Positions 30,458 through 40,549 of a stretch of DNA of 64,000 bases are shown in pieces; the first letter of the stretch is position 1, and each line of letters opens with the position of its first letter. The DNA is from Thermoleophilia bacterium UBA2241 (lineage in GTDB: Bacteria > Actinomycetota > Thermoleophilia > UBA2241), in contig DDYF01000013.1 of assembly GCA_002347645.1 (NCBI GenBank), positions 5,845-69,844 of the forward strand. The letters run 5' to 3'. The position numbers were made by a program, and so were the translations under genes. The notes under the pieces are model-generated. The model saw only the letters and a program-made list of their open reading frames with translations, did not search any database and was not told where the DNA came from.

Positions 30458-30973
30458 ATGCTTGACCCCAAGATGGAGAAGGCGATCAACGCGCAGATCA
30501 ACGCCGAGCACTACTCGGCCTTCCTGTACCTCGCCATGGCGGCCCAGTTCGCCGACCTCGGCTTGGCTGGTGGCCAGCAGTGGATGACGACCCAGTACAA
30601 GGAGGAGCTCGTCCACGCGCAGGTGTTCTTCGACTACCTCATCGAGCGCGGCGGACGCGCCAAGCTCGAGGCACTCGCCAAGCCGGGCACGAAGTGGGCT
30701 TCGGGCACCAAGATGTTCGAGGATGCCTACGCCCACGAGCAGAAGGTCACGTCGCTCATCCACGACATGGCGTCGCTCGCGCTCGAGCTCAAAGACCACG
30801 CGACCTACAACTTCCTGCAATGGTTCATCGCCGAGCAGGTCGAGGAGGAGTCGACGGCCTCGGACATGCTGCAGAAGTTCACGATGGCCGAAGAGCATCC
30901 GGCGGGCCTCTACCAGCTCGACAAGGAGCTGGGCGCGCGCGTCTTCGCGTCGCCCTCCATCTACGCGTGGTGA
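30458..30973 (+). CDS. ftnA: non-heme ferritin
   Basis: Ferritin-like di-iron motifs (EHYSAFLY, EELVHAQ, EQVEEE). Confidence 0.85.
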   Translation: MLDPKMEKAINAQINAEHYSAFLYLAMAAQFADLGLAGGQQWMTTQYKEELVHAQVFFDYLIERGGRAKLEALAKPGTKWASGTKMFEDAYAHEQKVTSLIHDMASLALELKDHATYNFLQWFIAEQVEEESTASDMLQKFTMAEEHPAGLYQLDKELGARVFASPSIYAW

Positions 30974-30999
30974 ACGGCTCCTGACTGATCGAACCTGAC

Positions 31000-31043
31000 G
31001 GGGAGGCGGCGGGCGGAGCGAGAGCTCCGCCCGCCGCCTCCCC
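31000..31043. terminator. bidirectional hairpin terminator between ferritin (+) and GNAT (-)
   Basis: 20-bp perfect stem GGGGAGGCGGCGGGCGGAGC-GAGA-GCUCCGCCCGCCGCCUCCCC. Confidence 0.6.
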
Positions 31044-31050
31044 GCTTGCC

Positions 31051-31587
31051 TCAGAGCACCTTCACCATCACCAGACAGGGGTTGCCCGGGCCCCACAAGT
31101 CGGGGAGCTCCATCAACGGGACGAAGTCCATGGCGAGGTAGAAGGCGCGCGTCGCGGCGTAGTCCGGGTCGGGGTGCGTCGCGCTGAGCGTCTTGACCGT
31201 GAGGAAGCGGGAGCCCTGCGCGCGCAGCCAGTCCTCGGCGGCGCGGAGGAGGGCGCGCCCGACTCCCGCGCGATGGCATTCGCGCAGCACGCCCATGACG
31301 TGGACCTCGGCCGCCTCGAGGGCATGCGGCTTCAAGGCGATGAGCCCGACGGTGCGTACGCCTTCTGGCGCCGCCGCGCGCCCCCTGTCTCTCGCGGCGC
31401 TGTCATCCGGCGGCCTCGCGGCCTCCACGGCGACGAACGCCGGCAGGTCGTCGACGTCCTTGACGTACTGGACGACGGACGCCTCGATGCCGAACCAGTC
31501 GGGCAGGGCGCGCAGCACTGCCTCGCAGGCCGCGCCCTGCCCGTATAGGGGCCCTCGAACCAGGACACCGGGCGCGCTCGGTGTCAC
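31051..31587 (-). CDS. GNAT family N-acetyltransferase
   Basis: GNAT acetyl-CoA motif region (RECHRAGVGRALLRAAEDWL). GTG start overlaps the permease stop as GTGA. Confidence 0.55.
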   Translation of the reverse strand: MTPSAPGVLVRGPLYGQGAACEAVLRALPDWFGIEASVVQYVKDVDDLPAFVAVEAARPPDDSAARDRGRAAAPEGVRTVGLIALKPHALEAAEVHVMGVLRECHRAGVGRALLRAAEDWLRAQGSRFLTVKTLSATHPDPDYAATRAFYLAMDFVPLMELPDLWGPGNPCLVMVKVL

Positions 31588-32345
31588 GTCACGTCGCGAC
31601 GCATCGAGGTAGAGACGGCCACGACGCTCGTCACCGCGATGTACGCGAGGCTCAGCAGGAACGCCTCGGGCCTGTCGAGGCCCACCTCGCTCTCGGGACC
31701 CATCGTCAGCGCCCCGCTCACGACCTGCTCCATCGCGCTGAAAGGGAGGTACTGACCTACCGCCGGCTTGAGCCCGAAGATGATGCTCTCCACGGCCAGC
31801 GCCCAGATCAGCGTGCCGGCGACGGCCACGGGCTGGTTGCGCACCAGCGCGCCCAGCGCCACCCCGAAGGACGCCATGAGCCCGGCCGTCACCAGGATGA
31901 GGGCGACCGTCTTGACGGCCTGCACGGTGAGGATCGAGCCCGTGTCCATGTCGAGACCTCTGACCTGGTAGCCGACGAGGGCGACCAGGACGAGCAGGGC
32001 ACCGGCTACGGCCAGGACCACAACGCCGACGACGAAACACACGACGAGCTTGACGGCGATGACCTGCCAGCGCTTCGGGGTGACGAGGTAGCTGTAGGTG
32101 ATGGTCCCGTGACGGTACTCGTTGGTCATGCTGAGGATGCCGAAGACCAGACCCAGCGTCGGCACGATGCTCGCGCCGAGGAGCACGGTCAGGGGCGCCC
32201 CGTTCTCCTCGAGCCCGCCGGCCGGCACGAACACCAGCACGAGGATCGCCGGGACGATGCTCACGAGCAGGGCGGCGATGAAGAGGCCGAGCGCCGTGCG
32301 CGTGCTGCGCAGCTTGAGGACCTCGGCGGAGAGAAGGTCCTTCAC
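31584..32345 (-). CDS. ABC-2 type transporter permease
   Basis: Six hydrophobic segments. Typical ABC-2 N-terminus (LLSAEVLKLRSTRTALGLFIAALL). Confidence 0.7.
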   Translation of the reverse strand: MKDLLSAEVLKLRSTRTALGLFIAALLVSIVPAILVLVFVPAGGLEENGAPLTVLLGASIVPTLGLVFGILSMTNEYRHGTITYSYLVTPKRWQVIAVKLVVCFVVGVVVLAVAGALLVLVALVGYQVRGLDMDTGSILTVQAVKTVALILVTAGLMASFGVALGALVRNQPVAVAGTLIWALAVESIIFGLKPAVGQYLPFSAMEQVVSGALTMGPESEVGLDRPEAFLLSLAYIAVTSVVAVSTSMRRDVT

Positions 32346-33238
32346 GGTGTCACCCTCCTCGTGCCGGCGATGGCGAGGAACACGTCCTCGAGGCTTGGCT
32401 GTTCGGTGAGCAGCTCGTGGAGGACGACGCCGTTGTCCAGGGCGAGCTGCCCGACGTCGGCGCCCGAGGCGCCGCGGATGGCGAGCGCCTGATCGAGCCT
32501 GTTGACGGCCGCGCCGCGCGCGTGAAGGAGACGCTCGAGGAGCTCTGCCTGCGGCGAGCGCACGCGCACCACCTGGCCGGCGCGGCCGGCGAGCTCGGCG
32601 ATCGGCGCCTGCGCCAGGAGCCGACCCTCGCTGATGATGAGCACGTCGTCCACGGTCTGCTCCACCTCGGCCAGGACGTGACTCGACACGAGGACGGTCT
32701 TGCCCTCGGCCGCGCGCGCCCGCAGAAAGGTCCTCAGCCAGCGCATGCCCTCGGGGTCGAGTCCGTTGGCGGGTTCATCAAGCAGCAGGACCTGCGGGTC
32801 GCCGAGCAGCACGCAGGCGAGGGCGAGGCGTTGCCGCATGCCCGACGAGTAGCCCTTCACGGCGCGCCGCGCCGCCTCGCCGAGCTCGACCATGGCAAGG
32901 CACTCCTCGACCCGGGCCTCGGGGATGCCCGAGGCGCGCGCCACGACGCGCAGCGCGTTCCGGCCGGTGCGCCCCGGGTGGAAGCCCGAGGCGTCGAGCA
33001 GCGCGCCGACGCGCGTCCACGGGCGCGCCAGGTCGCGGTAGGCAGCGCTCAACACGCGCGCCGTGCCGCGAGTCGGCCGCACCAGGTCGACGATCATGCG
33101 CAGCGTGGTCGTCTTGCCGGCACCGTTCGGGCCAAGGAAGCCCGTGATCGTCCCCGGCCCGAGCGCGAAGCTCACGTCGTCGACGGCGACGACCTTGCCG
33201 AAGTGCTTGGTGAGGTGTTCGACCTCGATGACCGGCAA
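32342..33238 (-). CDS. ABC transporter ATP-binding protein
   Basis: Walker A GPNGAGKTT, signature YSSGMRQRLALA, Walker B LLLDEP. TTG start after GGAGG. Stop overlaps the permease start. Confidence 0.75.
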   Translation of the reverse strand: MPVIEVEHLTKHFGKVVAVDDVSFALGPGTITGFLGPNGAGKTTTLRMIVDLVRPTRGTARVLSAAYRDLARPWTRVGALLDASGFHPGRTGRNALRVVARASGIPEARVEECLAMVELGEAARRAVKGYSSGMRQRLALACVLLGDPQVLLLDEPANGLDPEGMRWLRTFLRARAAEGKTVLVSSHVLAEVEQTVDDVLIISEGRLLAQAPIAELAGRAGQVVRVRSPQAELLERLLHARGAAVNRLDQALAIRGASGADVGQLALDNGVVLHELLTEQPSLEDVFLAIAGTRRVTP

Positions 33239-33255
33239 CCAGCCTCCTTCCGCCG

Positions 33256-35403
33256 TCAACCGATGACGACGATACCGAGATACCCGTCGACCGTCACCCG
33301 GTCGCCGGTCGTGATGAGCTCTGCGGCGAGCGGGACTCCCGTCACGCATGGGAGGCCGTACTCCCGCGCGATGATCGCCCCGTGGATCAGCATGCCGCCG
33401 CGGCGTTCGACGATGGCGGCCGCGAGCGGCACGACGAACGTCATCTCCGGGCCGATAGCGTCGCAGACGAGGATCTCGCCGTCCTCGAAGGCCAGAAGGT
33501 CCTCACGGCCCTCGACGACGCGCGCCCGTCCGACCGCCAGGCCGGGCCCCGCGGGCTGGCCGACGATCTGGCGCGCCTGCCGGCGGACGCCGTCGGCGGC
33601 GGGAGCGGCGCTACCGGCGGGTGCCGCTTCGTCGGCCCCGGCGGTGGGCGCCGCGCCGGCGAGAGGGGACGGCAGCGCGACGCGCCGCGGTTCGAGCCGC
33701 GGGTCGACGGGCCGACCGCGGCGGCGTAGCTCCTCCAGCGCCGCGTTCAAGAGGCCCTCCAAGCTGCCTAGATACAGGTTGTCGTCGTCGCGCAGACGCC
33801 AGCTGGCGCGCGCGAGGTCGAGCAGCTCGGCGGCGCGCTCGCGCTCCTCGGGAGGATGGGCGTCGAGGTAGCGCCGTTCGAGGCGCTCTCTGTCGGGGCG
33901 CGCCGCGGGTCCGCCCGCCGGGCGGGCGGCCAGGCGGCGCGCCACGGCCAGCGCGGCGTCAGCCTCGGCCGCGGCGTCGCCGGCAGCGTCGCCGAACGCG
34001 GCGACGTACCGAGTGACCTCGCGCTCCGCCGCGGCCTCGTCCCCGGCCCTGATCGCCGCCGCGATGCGTTCGAGGGCGGCGTTCCGGCGCAGGCTCAGCA
34101 TGGGCGTCGCGGTGAGGAGATCGGCGAACTCGTAGGGATCGTCGGGGCGCAGGGCGTCGTTGTACGCGCGGCCGAAGAGACGCGCCCCGTGCGCGAACGG
34201 GATGAAGTCGGTGATATAGACGTCGACCCAGCGATCGTGCTCGGCCTTGCGCTCGCGCGCGGCGGCCGCGAGGTCGTCCTCGTCCATCCGTGCGAGATCG
34301 GTAGCGCCGAGGCGCTGGGTCGCGGCGACCATCGCCGGGATCGACTCGTCCTCGATACGGCGCCGCAGCGCGCTCAGGTTGTCGAAGCTGCGCCGCAGGC
34401 TCAGGTACGTGGCGCGCCCGTCGCCGGCCTCGCCGGCCAGCGTCGTGATGGGCCGCGACTGGAGCGCATACAGCTCGTCGCGCCGCATCGTCCACTCCAC
34501 GTCTTGCGGCGCGGCGAAGTGCTCCTCGGCGCGCCGTGCAAGGCCGAAGACGAGCGGGAGCTCCGGATCGGCGAGCGGCGCTCTGCTTCGTCGTTCGACG
34601 GGCAGGGGGACGAGACGCACGCCGTCCGCGGCCGGCGCCATCATGTCGTGGCGCTCGGCGGCGCGGTGCTCGAGCACGCTCCCGTCGCGCCGGGCGAGGA
34701 TCCATCGGTCGGGCTCGACGGCGCCGTCGACGAGGCCCTGGTTCAGGCCGTGCACGGCCTCGACCAGGGCCTTCTCCTCATTCTCGGGGTGTCGGCTGAA
34801 GGCCACGCCCGACCGCTCCCCGGCGACGATCTCCTGCACCACGACGGCCATCGAGCTCCGCGTCGGGTCGAGGCCGAGCTCGCGGCGGTAGAGCAACGCG
34901 CCGTCGGACCACAGCGACGCCCAGACGAGCTTGACGTGCTCCAGGATCGCGTCGACGCCGCGCACGTTGACGTACGACTCGTGGAGGCCCGCGAACGAGG
35001 CGCCGGCCGAGTCCTCGCCGGGCGCCGACGATCGTACGACGGTCGCGGTCTCGCCAAAGCGCGCGGCGATGGGCTCCGCCAGCACCGCGCGCAGCTCGTC
35101 CGGCAGCGGCGTCGTGAGGAAGAGGTTGCGAATGCGCAGCGCCGCGTCCCACATCTCCTCCCAGCGCATGTCGGCGAAGTCCTTGCGGTCGAGCTCGAAG
35201 AGGACCCTCGCGCGTAGCTCGGCGGCGTCGAGGAAGGTGCCGTAGGCGTCGGTGGTGACGGCGATGAACGGCGGCACGGCGATACCCGCGCGGGCCATGC
35301 GCGCCAGTGCGAGTGCCTTGCCACCGACGCGCGGCGCGAGGGCGTCGTCCATCTCTTCCGCGGGGACGACGAACGGCGTCCCGCGTGTCTGGGCCTCGCC
35401 CAC
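33256..35403 (-). CDS. PEP-utilizing enzyme (PPDK_N nucleotide-binding domain + phospho-His mobile domain; PEP synthase/rifampin phosphotransferase-like)
   Basis: N-terminal GGKALALARMARAGIAVPPF (pyruvate phosphate dikinase PEP/pyruvate-binding family). C-terminal mobile domain GGMLIHGAIIAREYGLPCVTG. Confidence 0.65.
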   Translation of the reverse strand: MGEAQTRGTPFVVPAEEMDDALAPRVGGKALALARMARAGIAVPPFIAVTTDAYGTFLDAAELRARVLFELDRKDFADMRWEEMWDAALRIRNLFLTTPLPDELRAVLAEPIAARFGETATVVRSSAPGEDSAGASFAGLHESYVNVRGVDAILEHVKLVWASLWSDGALLYRRELGLDPTRSSMAVVVQEIVAGERSGVAFSRHPENEEKALVEAVHGLNQGLVDGAVEPDRWILARRDGSVLEHRAAERHDMMAPAADGVRLVPLPVERRSRAPLADPELPLVFGLARRAEEHFAAPQDVEWTMRRDELYALQSRPITTLAGEAGDGRATYLSLRRSFDNLSALRRRIEDESIPAMVAATQRLGATDLARMDEDDLAAAARERKAEHDRWVDVYITDFIPFAHGARLFGRAYNDALRPDDPYEFADLLTATPMLSLRRNAALERIAAAIRAGDEAAAEREVTRYVAAFGDAAGDAAAEADAALAVARRLAARPAGGPAARPDRERLERRYLDAHPPEERERAAELLDLARASWRLRDDDNLYLGSLEGLLNAALEELRRRGRPVDPRLEPRRVALPSPLAGAAPTAGADEAAPAGSAAPAADGVRRQARQIVGQPAGPGLAVGRARVVEGREDLLAFEDGEILVCDAIGPEMTFVVPLAAAIVERRGGMLIHGAIIAREYGLPCVTGVPLAAELITTGDRVTVDGYLGIVVIG

Positions 35404-35407
35404 GCCC

Positions 35408-35857
35408 CTACTCCATGTGGAGCTCGGTGACGTTCTGGAACCGGCTCACCAGGTAGTAGGTCCGTACCTGTAGCTCGACGAGCGCGCTCGTCGGGGCGTC
35501 CGCGAAGCCCCGCAGGTGGGGGTGACGGCGCAGGAATGCGTCGAGGGCCTGGGCGCGCTCCGCGCCGTCGAGCTCGCGCGCCGCCCCCACGGCGGTGGCT
35601 GCGACGGCGCCGTGGAAGTCGACGTCATCGTCCGACCTGCTGTCGACGAGCATCGCCACGTTCGGGTCGGCGGTGAGAAAGGTGAACTTGCGCGTGGCGC
35701 GCGTCGTCGCGAAGTAGAGGTGTCGAAGGTCGGAGCTGGCGACCACGGCGACGAGGCTCGCGTACGGGTGGTCCTCGCCGTGGGTCGCCAGCACGCCGAG
35801 CCGCTGGCGCGCGAAGAGCGCGCGCAGCACGGCGAGAGGCTCGTCGACGGCGGTCAT
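35408..35857 (-). CDS. pyridoxamine 5'-phosphate oxidase family (FMN-binding split barrel) protein
   Basis: LGVLATHGEDHPYASLVAVV...HLYFATTRATRKF typical of the PNPOx-like family. ATG at 35857. Confidence 0.55.
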   Translation of the reverse strand: MTAVDEPLAVLRALFARQRLGVLATHGEDHPYASLVAVVASSDLRHLYFATTRATRKFTFLTADPNVAMLVDSRSDDDVDFHGAVAATAVGAARELDGAERAQALDAFLRRHPHLRGFADAPTSALVELQVRTYYLVSRFQNVTELHME

Positions 35858-35996
35858 GCCCCTCCGGGCTCCCTGTGGGCTACGGGACGGACGCGGGCCC
35901 TCACGTGGAGAGGGCGGTGGCTGTTCGGGGTCACCACAGGCAGGCGATGGATTCGAGGAGAGTGGCGGCCCACCCGACCGGGTGGGGATGCGACGC

Positions 35997-36389
35997 TCAG
36001 GTGCCGCCCTGTGGCAGGCCGACGACTGCACGGATCCACAGGAAGAGCGCCACGGCGCCGAGGATCAGGCCGATGAGGGCGTACTCGACGCGTCCGCTCC
36101 CGCCGAGCGTCGAGTACGCCGCCAGCGCGCCCGCAAGAAGGGCGACGACGGCCGCGGCGAGGACGACGTACCGCCCGGTGGCGTCATCTACGAGAAACGG
36201 TCCGGTGGCCACGGCGACGAGGCCCGCACCCAGGGCCACCAGCGAGAGGTCGGGGAGGCCGGCGGCGCGGGTCTTCTGCGGCCCCGCGGGCGGCGGACCT
36301 TCGGGCCCCGCAGGCGACGGGCCCTGGGTATCGCCGGGCGTCACCGGCGCGGTGCCCGGTTCACGATGTTCATCCGGCAGCCAGTTCAT
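35997..36389 (-). CDS. hypothetical small membrane protein
   Basis: Pro-rich N-terminus then two TM segments. Start at MNWLPDEH. Confidence 0.3.
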   Translation of the reverse strand: MNWLPDEHREPGTAPVTPGDTQGPSPAGPEGPPPAGPQKTRAAGLPDLSLVALGAGLVAVATGPFLVDDATGRYVVLAAAVVALLAGALAAYSTLGGSGRVEYALIGLILGAVALFLWIRAVVGLPQGGT

Positions 36390-36623
36390 CGCTCCCTCAG
36401 TCTGTCGTGCGTGCGCTCCGCCGTGCCCGGCGAGGTCGTCAACACGGTGAGGGCGGCGGACCCGGCAGGCGACGCCGCCGCCCTTGGACGCATTCCAGGC
36501 GATTCTACCCGTCTGCGTCGCTCCCGGCTCGCTCGGCCATACCACCTCCGGCACGCGGGCCCCTCGTGCGCGGTACGATGGGCTCGCAGCTCACGCCGCC
36601 GGCGACGCCATTGGAGGGGACAG

Positions 36624-37733
36624 ATGAGACCAGCTCCGTTCGCGCTCGAGCGCTACTTCGCACGCTACGAGTTCAGCGCTCCATACCTGCTCTCCAGCTC
36701 GGACTGCGACGGGCTGCGGATGCGCGAGGCTCTCGCCATGGCCGATGACGAATGCCGTGCGCTGTGGGAGGACCTCGCGCTGGGCTACACCGAGTCGCTC
36801 GGCCTGCCGCAACTGCGCGCCGAGATCGCGGGAGTCTACGACGGGGTGAGCCCCGACGACGTGCTCACCGGCGCCCCCGAGGAGCTCATCTTCCTCGCCA
36901 TGAACGCGTTGCTGCGCCCCGGCGACCGTGTGGTCTGCACGTATCCCGGCTACCAGTCGCTGTACGAGATCGCGCGCGCCGTCGGCTGCGTGGTCGACCT
37001 CTGGGAGCCGCGCGAGGAGGGCGCGTGGCGCTTCGACCCGGCCGATCTGGCCGGCATGCTGCGTCCGGGCACGCGTCTTGTGGTCGTGAACTTCCCGCAC
37101 AACCCGACGGGCGCGCTTCCGACCAAGGCGGAGGCCGACGCCATCTTCGAGGCCGCCGCCTCGGTCGGCGCGCGCGTCTTCTCGGACGAGATGTACCGTC
37201 TGCTGGAGAACGACCCGGCCGACCGGTTGCCGGCGGCCTGCGAGCGCGTCCCCGACGCGCTCGCCCTCTCCGGCATGTCGAAGGTGTTCGGCATGGCCGG
37301 GGTCCGCATCGGCTGGCTGGTGACGCGCGACGCCGGGGCGCTGCAGTCAATCGCCGAGCTGAAGGATTACACGACGATCTGCAGCAGCGCCCCCAGCGAG
37401 GTCCTGGCGCTGATCGGCTTGCGCGCGCGGGCGGCACTCGTGGAGCGCCATCGTGCGCGCATCGCGCGCAACCTCGCCGCGCTCGAGGCGTTCGTCGCGC
37501 GGCACGGCGAGCGCTTCGCGCTCGCGCCGCCGCGCGCCGGCAGCGTCTGTCTGCTCCGCCTGCGCGATGGCAACGCGACCGACTTCTGCCGCCGGCTCGT
37601 CGACAAAGCCGGGATCATGTTGCTGCCTTCGAGCGTGTTCCGGTTCGGCGACGACCACGTGCGCATCGGTCTCGGCCGCGAGAACATGCCCGACGTCCTC
37701 GCGCGGCTCGAGGACGCGCTGGCGGCCGTCTGA
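36624..37733 (+). CDS. PLP-dependent aminotransferase class I/II
   Basis: SGMSKVFGMAGVRIGW (PLP lysine). NFPHNPTG motif. Confidence 0.8.
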   Translation: MRPAPFALERYFARYEFSAPYLLSSSDCDGLRMREALAMADDECRALWEDLALGYTESLGLPQLRAEIAGVYDGVSPDDVLTGAPEELIFLAMNALLRPGDRVVCTYPGYQSLYEIARAVGCVVDLWEPREEGAWRFDPADLAGMLRPGTRLVVVNFPHNPTGALPTKAEADAIFEAAASVGARVFSDEMYRLLENDPADRLPAACERVPDALALSGMSKVFGMAGVRIGWLVTRDAGALQSIAELKDYTTICSSAPSEVLALIGLRARAALVERHRARIARNLAALEAFVARHGERFALAPPRAGSVCLLRLRDGNATDFCRRLVDKAGIMLLPSSVFRFGDDHVRIGLGRENMPDVLARLEDALAAV

Positions 37734-37939
37734 CCCTCCGCCGCGGGGCGCGGCCGGCCGGGGCGCGGCGCACCTCGCGCGGCCGCGCCGCGCGGAAGGT
37801 GCGCCGCGAACGGAGCCTTGCCATCCACAGCGACATGGGGCATCGTAGGCGCAGGTCATCACCGTCCGGATGATCGCCGCGGTCCGTGCCGGCCGGCATG
37901 GGCGACGACGACGTCGTGACCGGCGACGAGGGGGAGCTG

Positions 37940-39142
37940 ATGAACGACAGGGACATCGTCGATCGCTGCGAGAAGGATCTGGTGGGCCTCTGCCGGGAGG
38001 CGAGAAGGGGCGGCATCACCCGCCGGCAGTTCGTCGAACGCGCACTGCTGCTCGGGCTGTCGGCCACGGCCGTCGGCGCTCTCGCCGGCGCCTGCGGCGA
38101 GGGCGAGACGCCGTCGGAGACGGCTACCCTGCCGCCCATGGACGAGACCACGCCCGAGGAGCTCGTCTTCTACAACTGGACCGACTACTTCAACCCGGCG
38201 CTCAAGAAGAGGTTCCTCAAGGAGACGGGGATCAAGATCAGGGAGGTCTACTTCTCGTCGAACGAAGAGCTGCTCGCCAAGCTCAGGGCCGGAGCGCAGG
38301 GGTACGACGTCATCGTGCCCTCCGACTACATGGTGCACATCATGATCAAGAGCGGCATCATCGAGCCGCTCGACATGGACTACCTCCCCAACTTCCAGTA
38401 CGTCGGCGAGCAGTTCAAGGCGCCCAGCTTCGACGATCCGGAAGAGAACGGCGGCCTCAAGTACAGCGTGCCGTACTTCTACGGCACGACGGGCTACTGC
38501 CAGCGCCTCGACAAGGTGCCGGAACCGCAGACGAGCTGGGAGCCGCTCTGGGACGAGCAGTACGCGAAGAAGATCAACCTGCTCGACGACGAGCGCGAGG
38601 TGCTGGGCATGGCGCTCAAGAAGCTCGGCTTTTCGACGAACACGCTCGAGCAGGGCGAGCTGGACCAGGCCAAGGACATCCTGATCGAGCAGAAGCCCCT
38701 GGTCGCGACCTACGACTCGATCAACATGAAGCGGAGCGTGGTGCAGGGGCAGTACTTCGTCATGTGCTGGGACGGCGACGTGCTCATGGCCATCGACACG
38801 ATGGGCGGAGACGACGAGGCGAAGGCCCTGTTGCACTACGCGCTTCCCGAGGAGGGCTTCTGCCTGTGGACCGACGGCATGAGCCTCCCCGTCGGCAACA
38901 ACAGCCGATACGGCGCCCACCTCTTCATGAACTGGCTCATGGACCCGAAGATCGCCGGCGAGAACGCCAACTGGGTCTGGTATCTCTCGGCGATCAGCCC
39001 GGCGTCGCACGAGTACACAGACCCGTTCGCCCTGACCCTGGCGCCGACCGACGAGCAGCTCGCCATGGCCGAGGCGTTCACCGACGTCGGCGAGTTCGCG
39101 ACCGCCTACTCCGAGGCCTGGCGCCAGGTCAAGAGCGCCTGA
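37940..39142 (+). CDS. polyamine (spermidine/putrescine) ABC-type substrate-binding lipoprotein, TAT signal
   Basis: RRQFVERALLLGLSATAVGALAGACG (twin-arginine motif plus lipobox). PotD/PotF family body. ATG after GAGGGGGAG. Confidence 0.7.
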   Translation: MNDRDIVDRCEKDLVGLCREARRGGITRRQFVERALLLGLSATAVGALAGACGEGETPSETATLPPMDETTPEELVFYNWTDYFNPALKKRFLKETGIKIREVYFSSNEELLAKLRAGAQGYDVIVPSDYMVHIMIKSGIIEPLDMDYLPNFQYVGEQFKAPSFDDPEENGGLKYSVPYFYGTTGYCQRLDKVPEPQTSWEPLWDEQYAKKINLLDDEREVLGMALKKLGFSTNTLEQGELDQAKDILIEQKPLVATYDSINMKRSVVQGQYFVMCWDGDVLMAIDTMGGDDEAKALLHYALPEEGFCLWTDGMSLPVGNNSRYGAHLFMNWLMDPKIAGENANWVWYLSAISPASHEYTDPFALTLAPTDEQLAMAEAFTDVGEFATAYSEAWRQVKSA

Positions 39143-39164
39143 CGGTCGGCGAAGCGGCACCGTC

Positions 39165-39199
39165 GCCTGCGGCCATGCCGGGTGGCCGCAGGCTTTTTG
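39165..39199 (+). terminator. rho-independent terminator after the first substrate-binding protein gene
   Basis: GCCUGCGGCCA-UGCCGGGU-GGCCGCAGGC followed by UUUUUGG. Confidence 0.7.
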
Positions 39200-39325
39200 G
39201 CCTGCCCCGCCTTGTCGTGGGAGCCTGCGTGCGTCAATCTGATGCATGACCGTCCAGTCCGCGCCGCACCGTGGGGGTCGTTCGGGAGCCGCGGTGCGGC
39301 GCGCTGACCACAAGAGGGGGAGCGC

Positions 39326-40549
39326 ATGAAGGACAAGGAACGTGCCCGTAGGCAGGACGAGGCGGTGGTGGCCCGCGACGAGAAGGACCTGGTCGGGCTG
39401 TGCCGCGAGATGCGACGCGGCGGCATCACCCGGCGGCACTTCATGGAGCGCGCCCTGCTGCTCGGTCTCTCGGTGACCGCCGTGGGCGCGCTTGCCGGCG
39501 CCTGCGGCGAGGGAGAGACGCCCGCGCCCGAAGGCACGCTGCCGCCCATGGACGAGACGAAGCCGTCAGAGGTCACGCTGTACAACTGGACCGACTACCT
39601 CGACCCGGCGATCAAGAAGGACTTCGAGAAGGCGCAAGGCATCAAGGTGAAGGAGGTCTTCTTCGCGAGCAACGAGGAGATGCTCGCCAAGGTCCGGGCC
39701 GGCGCCGTGGGGTACGACGTCATCGTCCCTTCAGACTACATGGTGAGCATCATGATGAAGAGCGGGCTGCTCGAGCCGCTGGACCTCGCCTTCATCCCGA
39801 ACTACGAGTTGATCGACGCGTCGTTCAAGAACCCGGCCTACGACGACCCCGAGGAGAACAACGGCCTGCAGTACAGCGTGCCGTACTTCTACGGCCAGTC
39901 GGGCTACGTGCGCCGCACCGACAAGATCACCGAGGAGCTGACCGACTGGCCGCCGCTCTTCGACCCTGCCAACAAGGGCAAGATCAACATGCTCGACGAC
40001 GAGCGCGAGTGTCTCGGCGCGTCACTCAAGTCGCTGGGTTACTCGGTCAACACGACCAGCCAGGAAGAGCTCGACGCGGCGACGACGAAGCTCGTCGAGC
40101 AGAAGCCGCTCGTGCGCGTGTACGACTCGACCAACATGAAGCGCGCGATCGTCCAGGGCCAGCCGCTCGTCCACTGCTGGGACGGCGACGCGCTCATGGC
40201 CATCGACGCCCTCGGCGGCGACGACGAAGCGAAGGCGCTGGTCGATTTCGTCCGCCCGATCGAGGGCTTCATCATGTGGACCGACAACCTGGTCGTGCCG
40301 GCCGGCAACAACAGCCGCTACGGCGCCCACCTCTGGGTCGACTACCTGCTCGACCCGAAGGTGATGGGCAAGAACGCGAGTTGGGTGTGGTACCTTGCGC
40401 CCTCGACGGCGTCCCAGGAGTTCACCGACGAGTTCGCGCTGAGCCTGATGCCCACCGAGGAAGAGCAGGCCCGCACCGAGATCATCCTCGACGTCGGTGA
40501 GTTCGCCACCCAGTACTCGGAGGCGTGGCGCCGGGTCAAGAGCGCCTGA
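39326..40549 (+). CDS. second polyamine-type ABC substrate-binding lipoprotein (paralog), TAT signal
   Basis: RRHFMERALLLGLSVTAVGALAGACG. PotD/PotF family body. ATG after GAGGGGGAG. Confidence 0.7.
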   Translation: MKDKERARRQDEAVVARDEKDLVGLCREMRRGGITRRHFMERALLLGLSVTAVGALAGACGEGETPAPEGTLPPMDETKPSEVTLYNWTDYLDPAIKKDFEKAQGIKVKEVFFASNEEMLAKVRAGAVGYDVIVPSDYMVSIMMKSGLLEPLDLAFIPNYELIDASFKNPAYDDPEENNGLQYSVPYFYGQSGYVRRTDKITEELTDWPPLFDPANKGKINMLDDERECLGASLKSLGYSVNTTSQEELDAATTKLVEQKPLVRVYDSTNMKRAIVQGQPLVHCWDGDALMAIDALGGDDEAKALVDFVRPIEGFIMWTDNLVVPAGNNSRYGAHLWVDYLLDPKVMGKNASWVWYLAPSTASQEFTDEFALSLMPTEEEQARTEIILDVGEFATQYSEAWRRVKSA

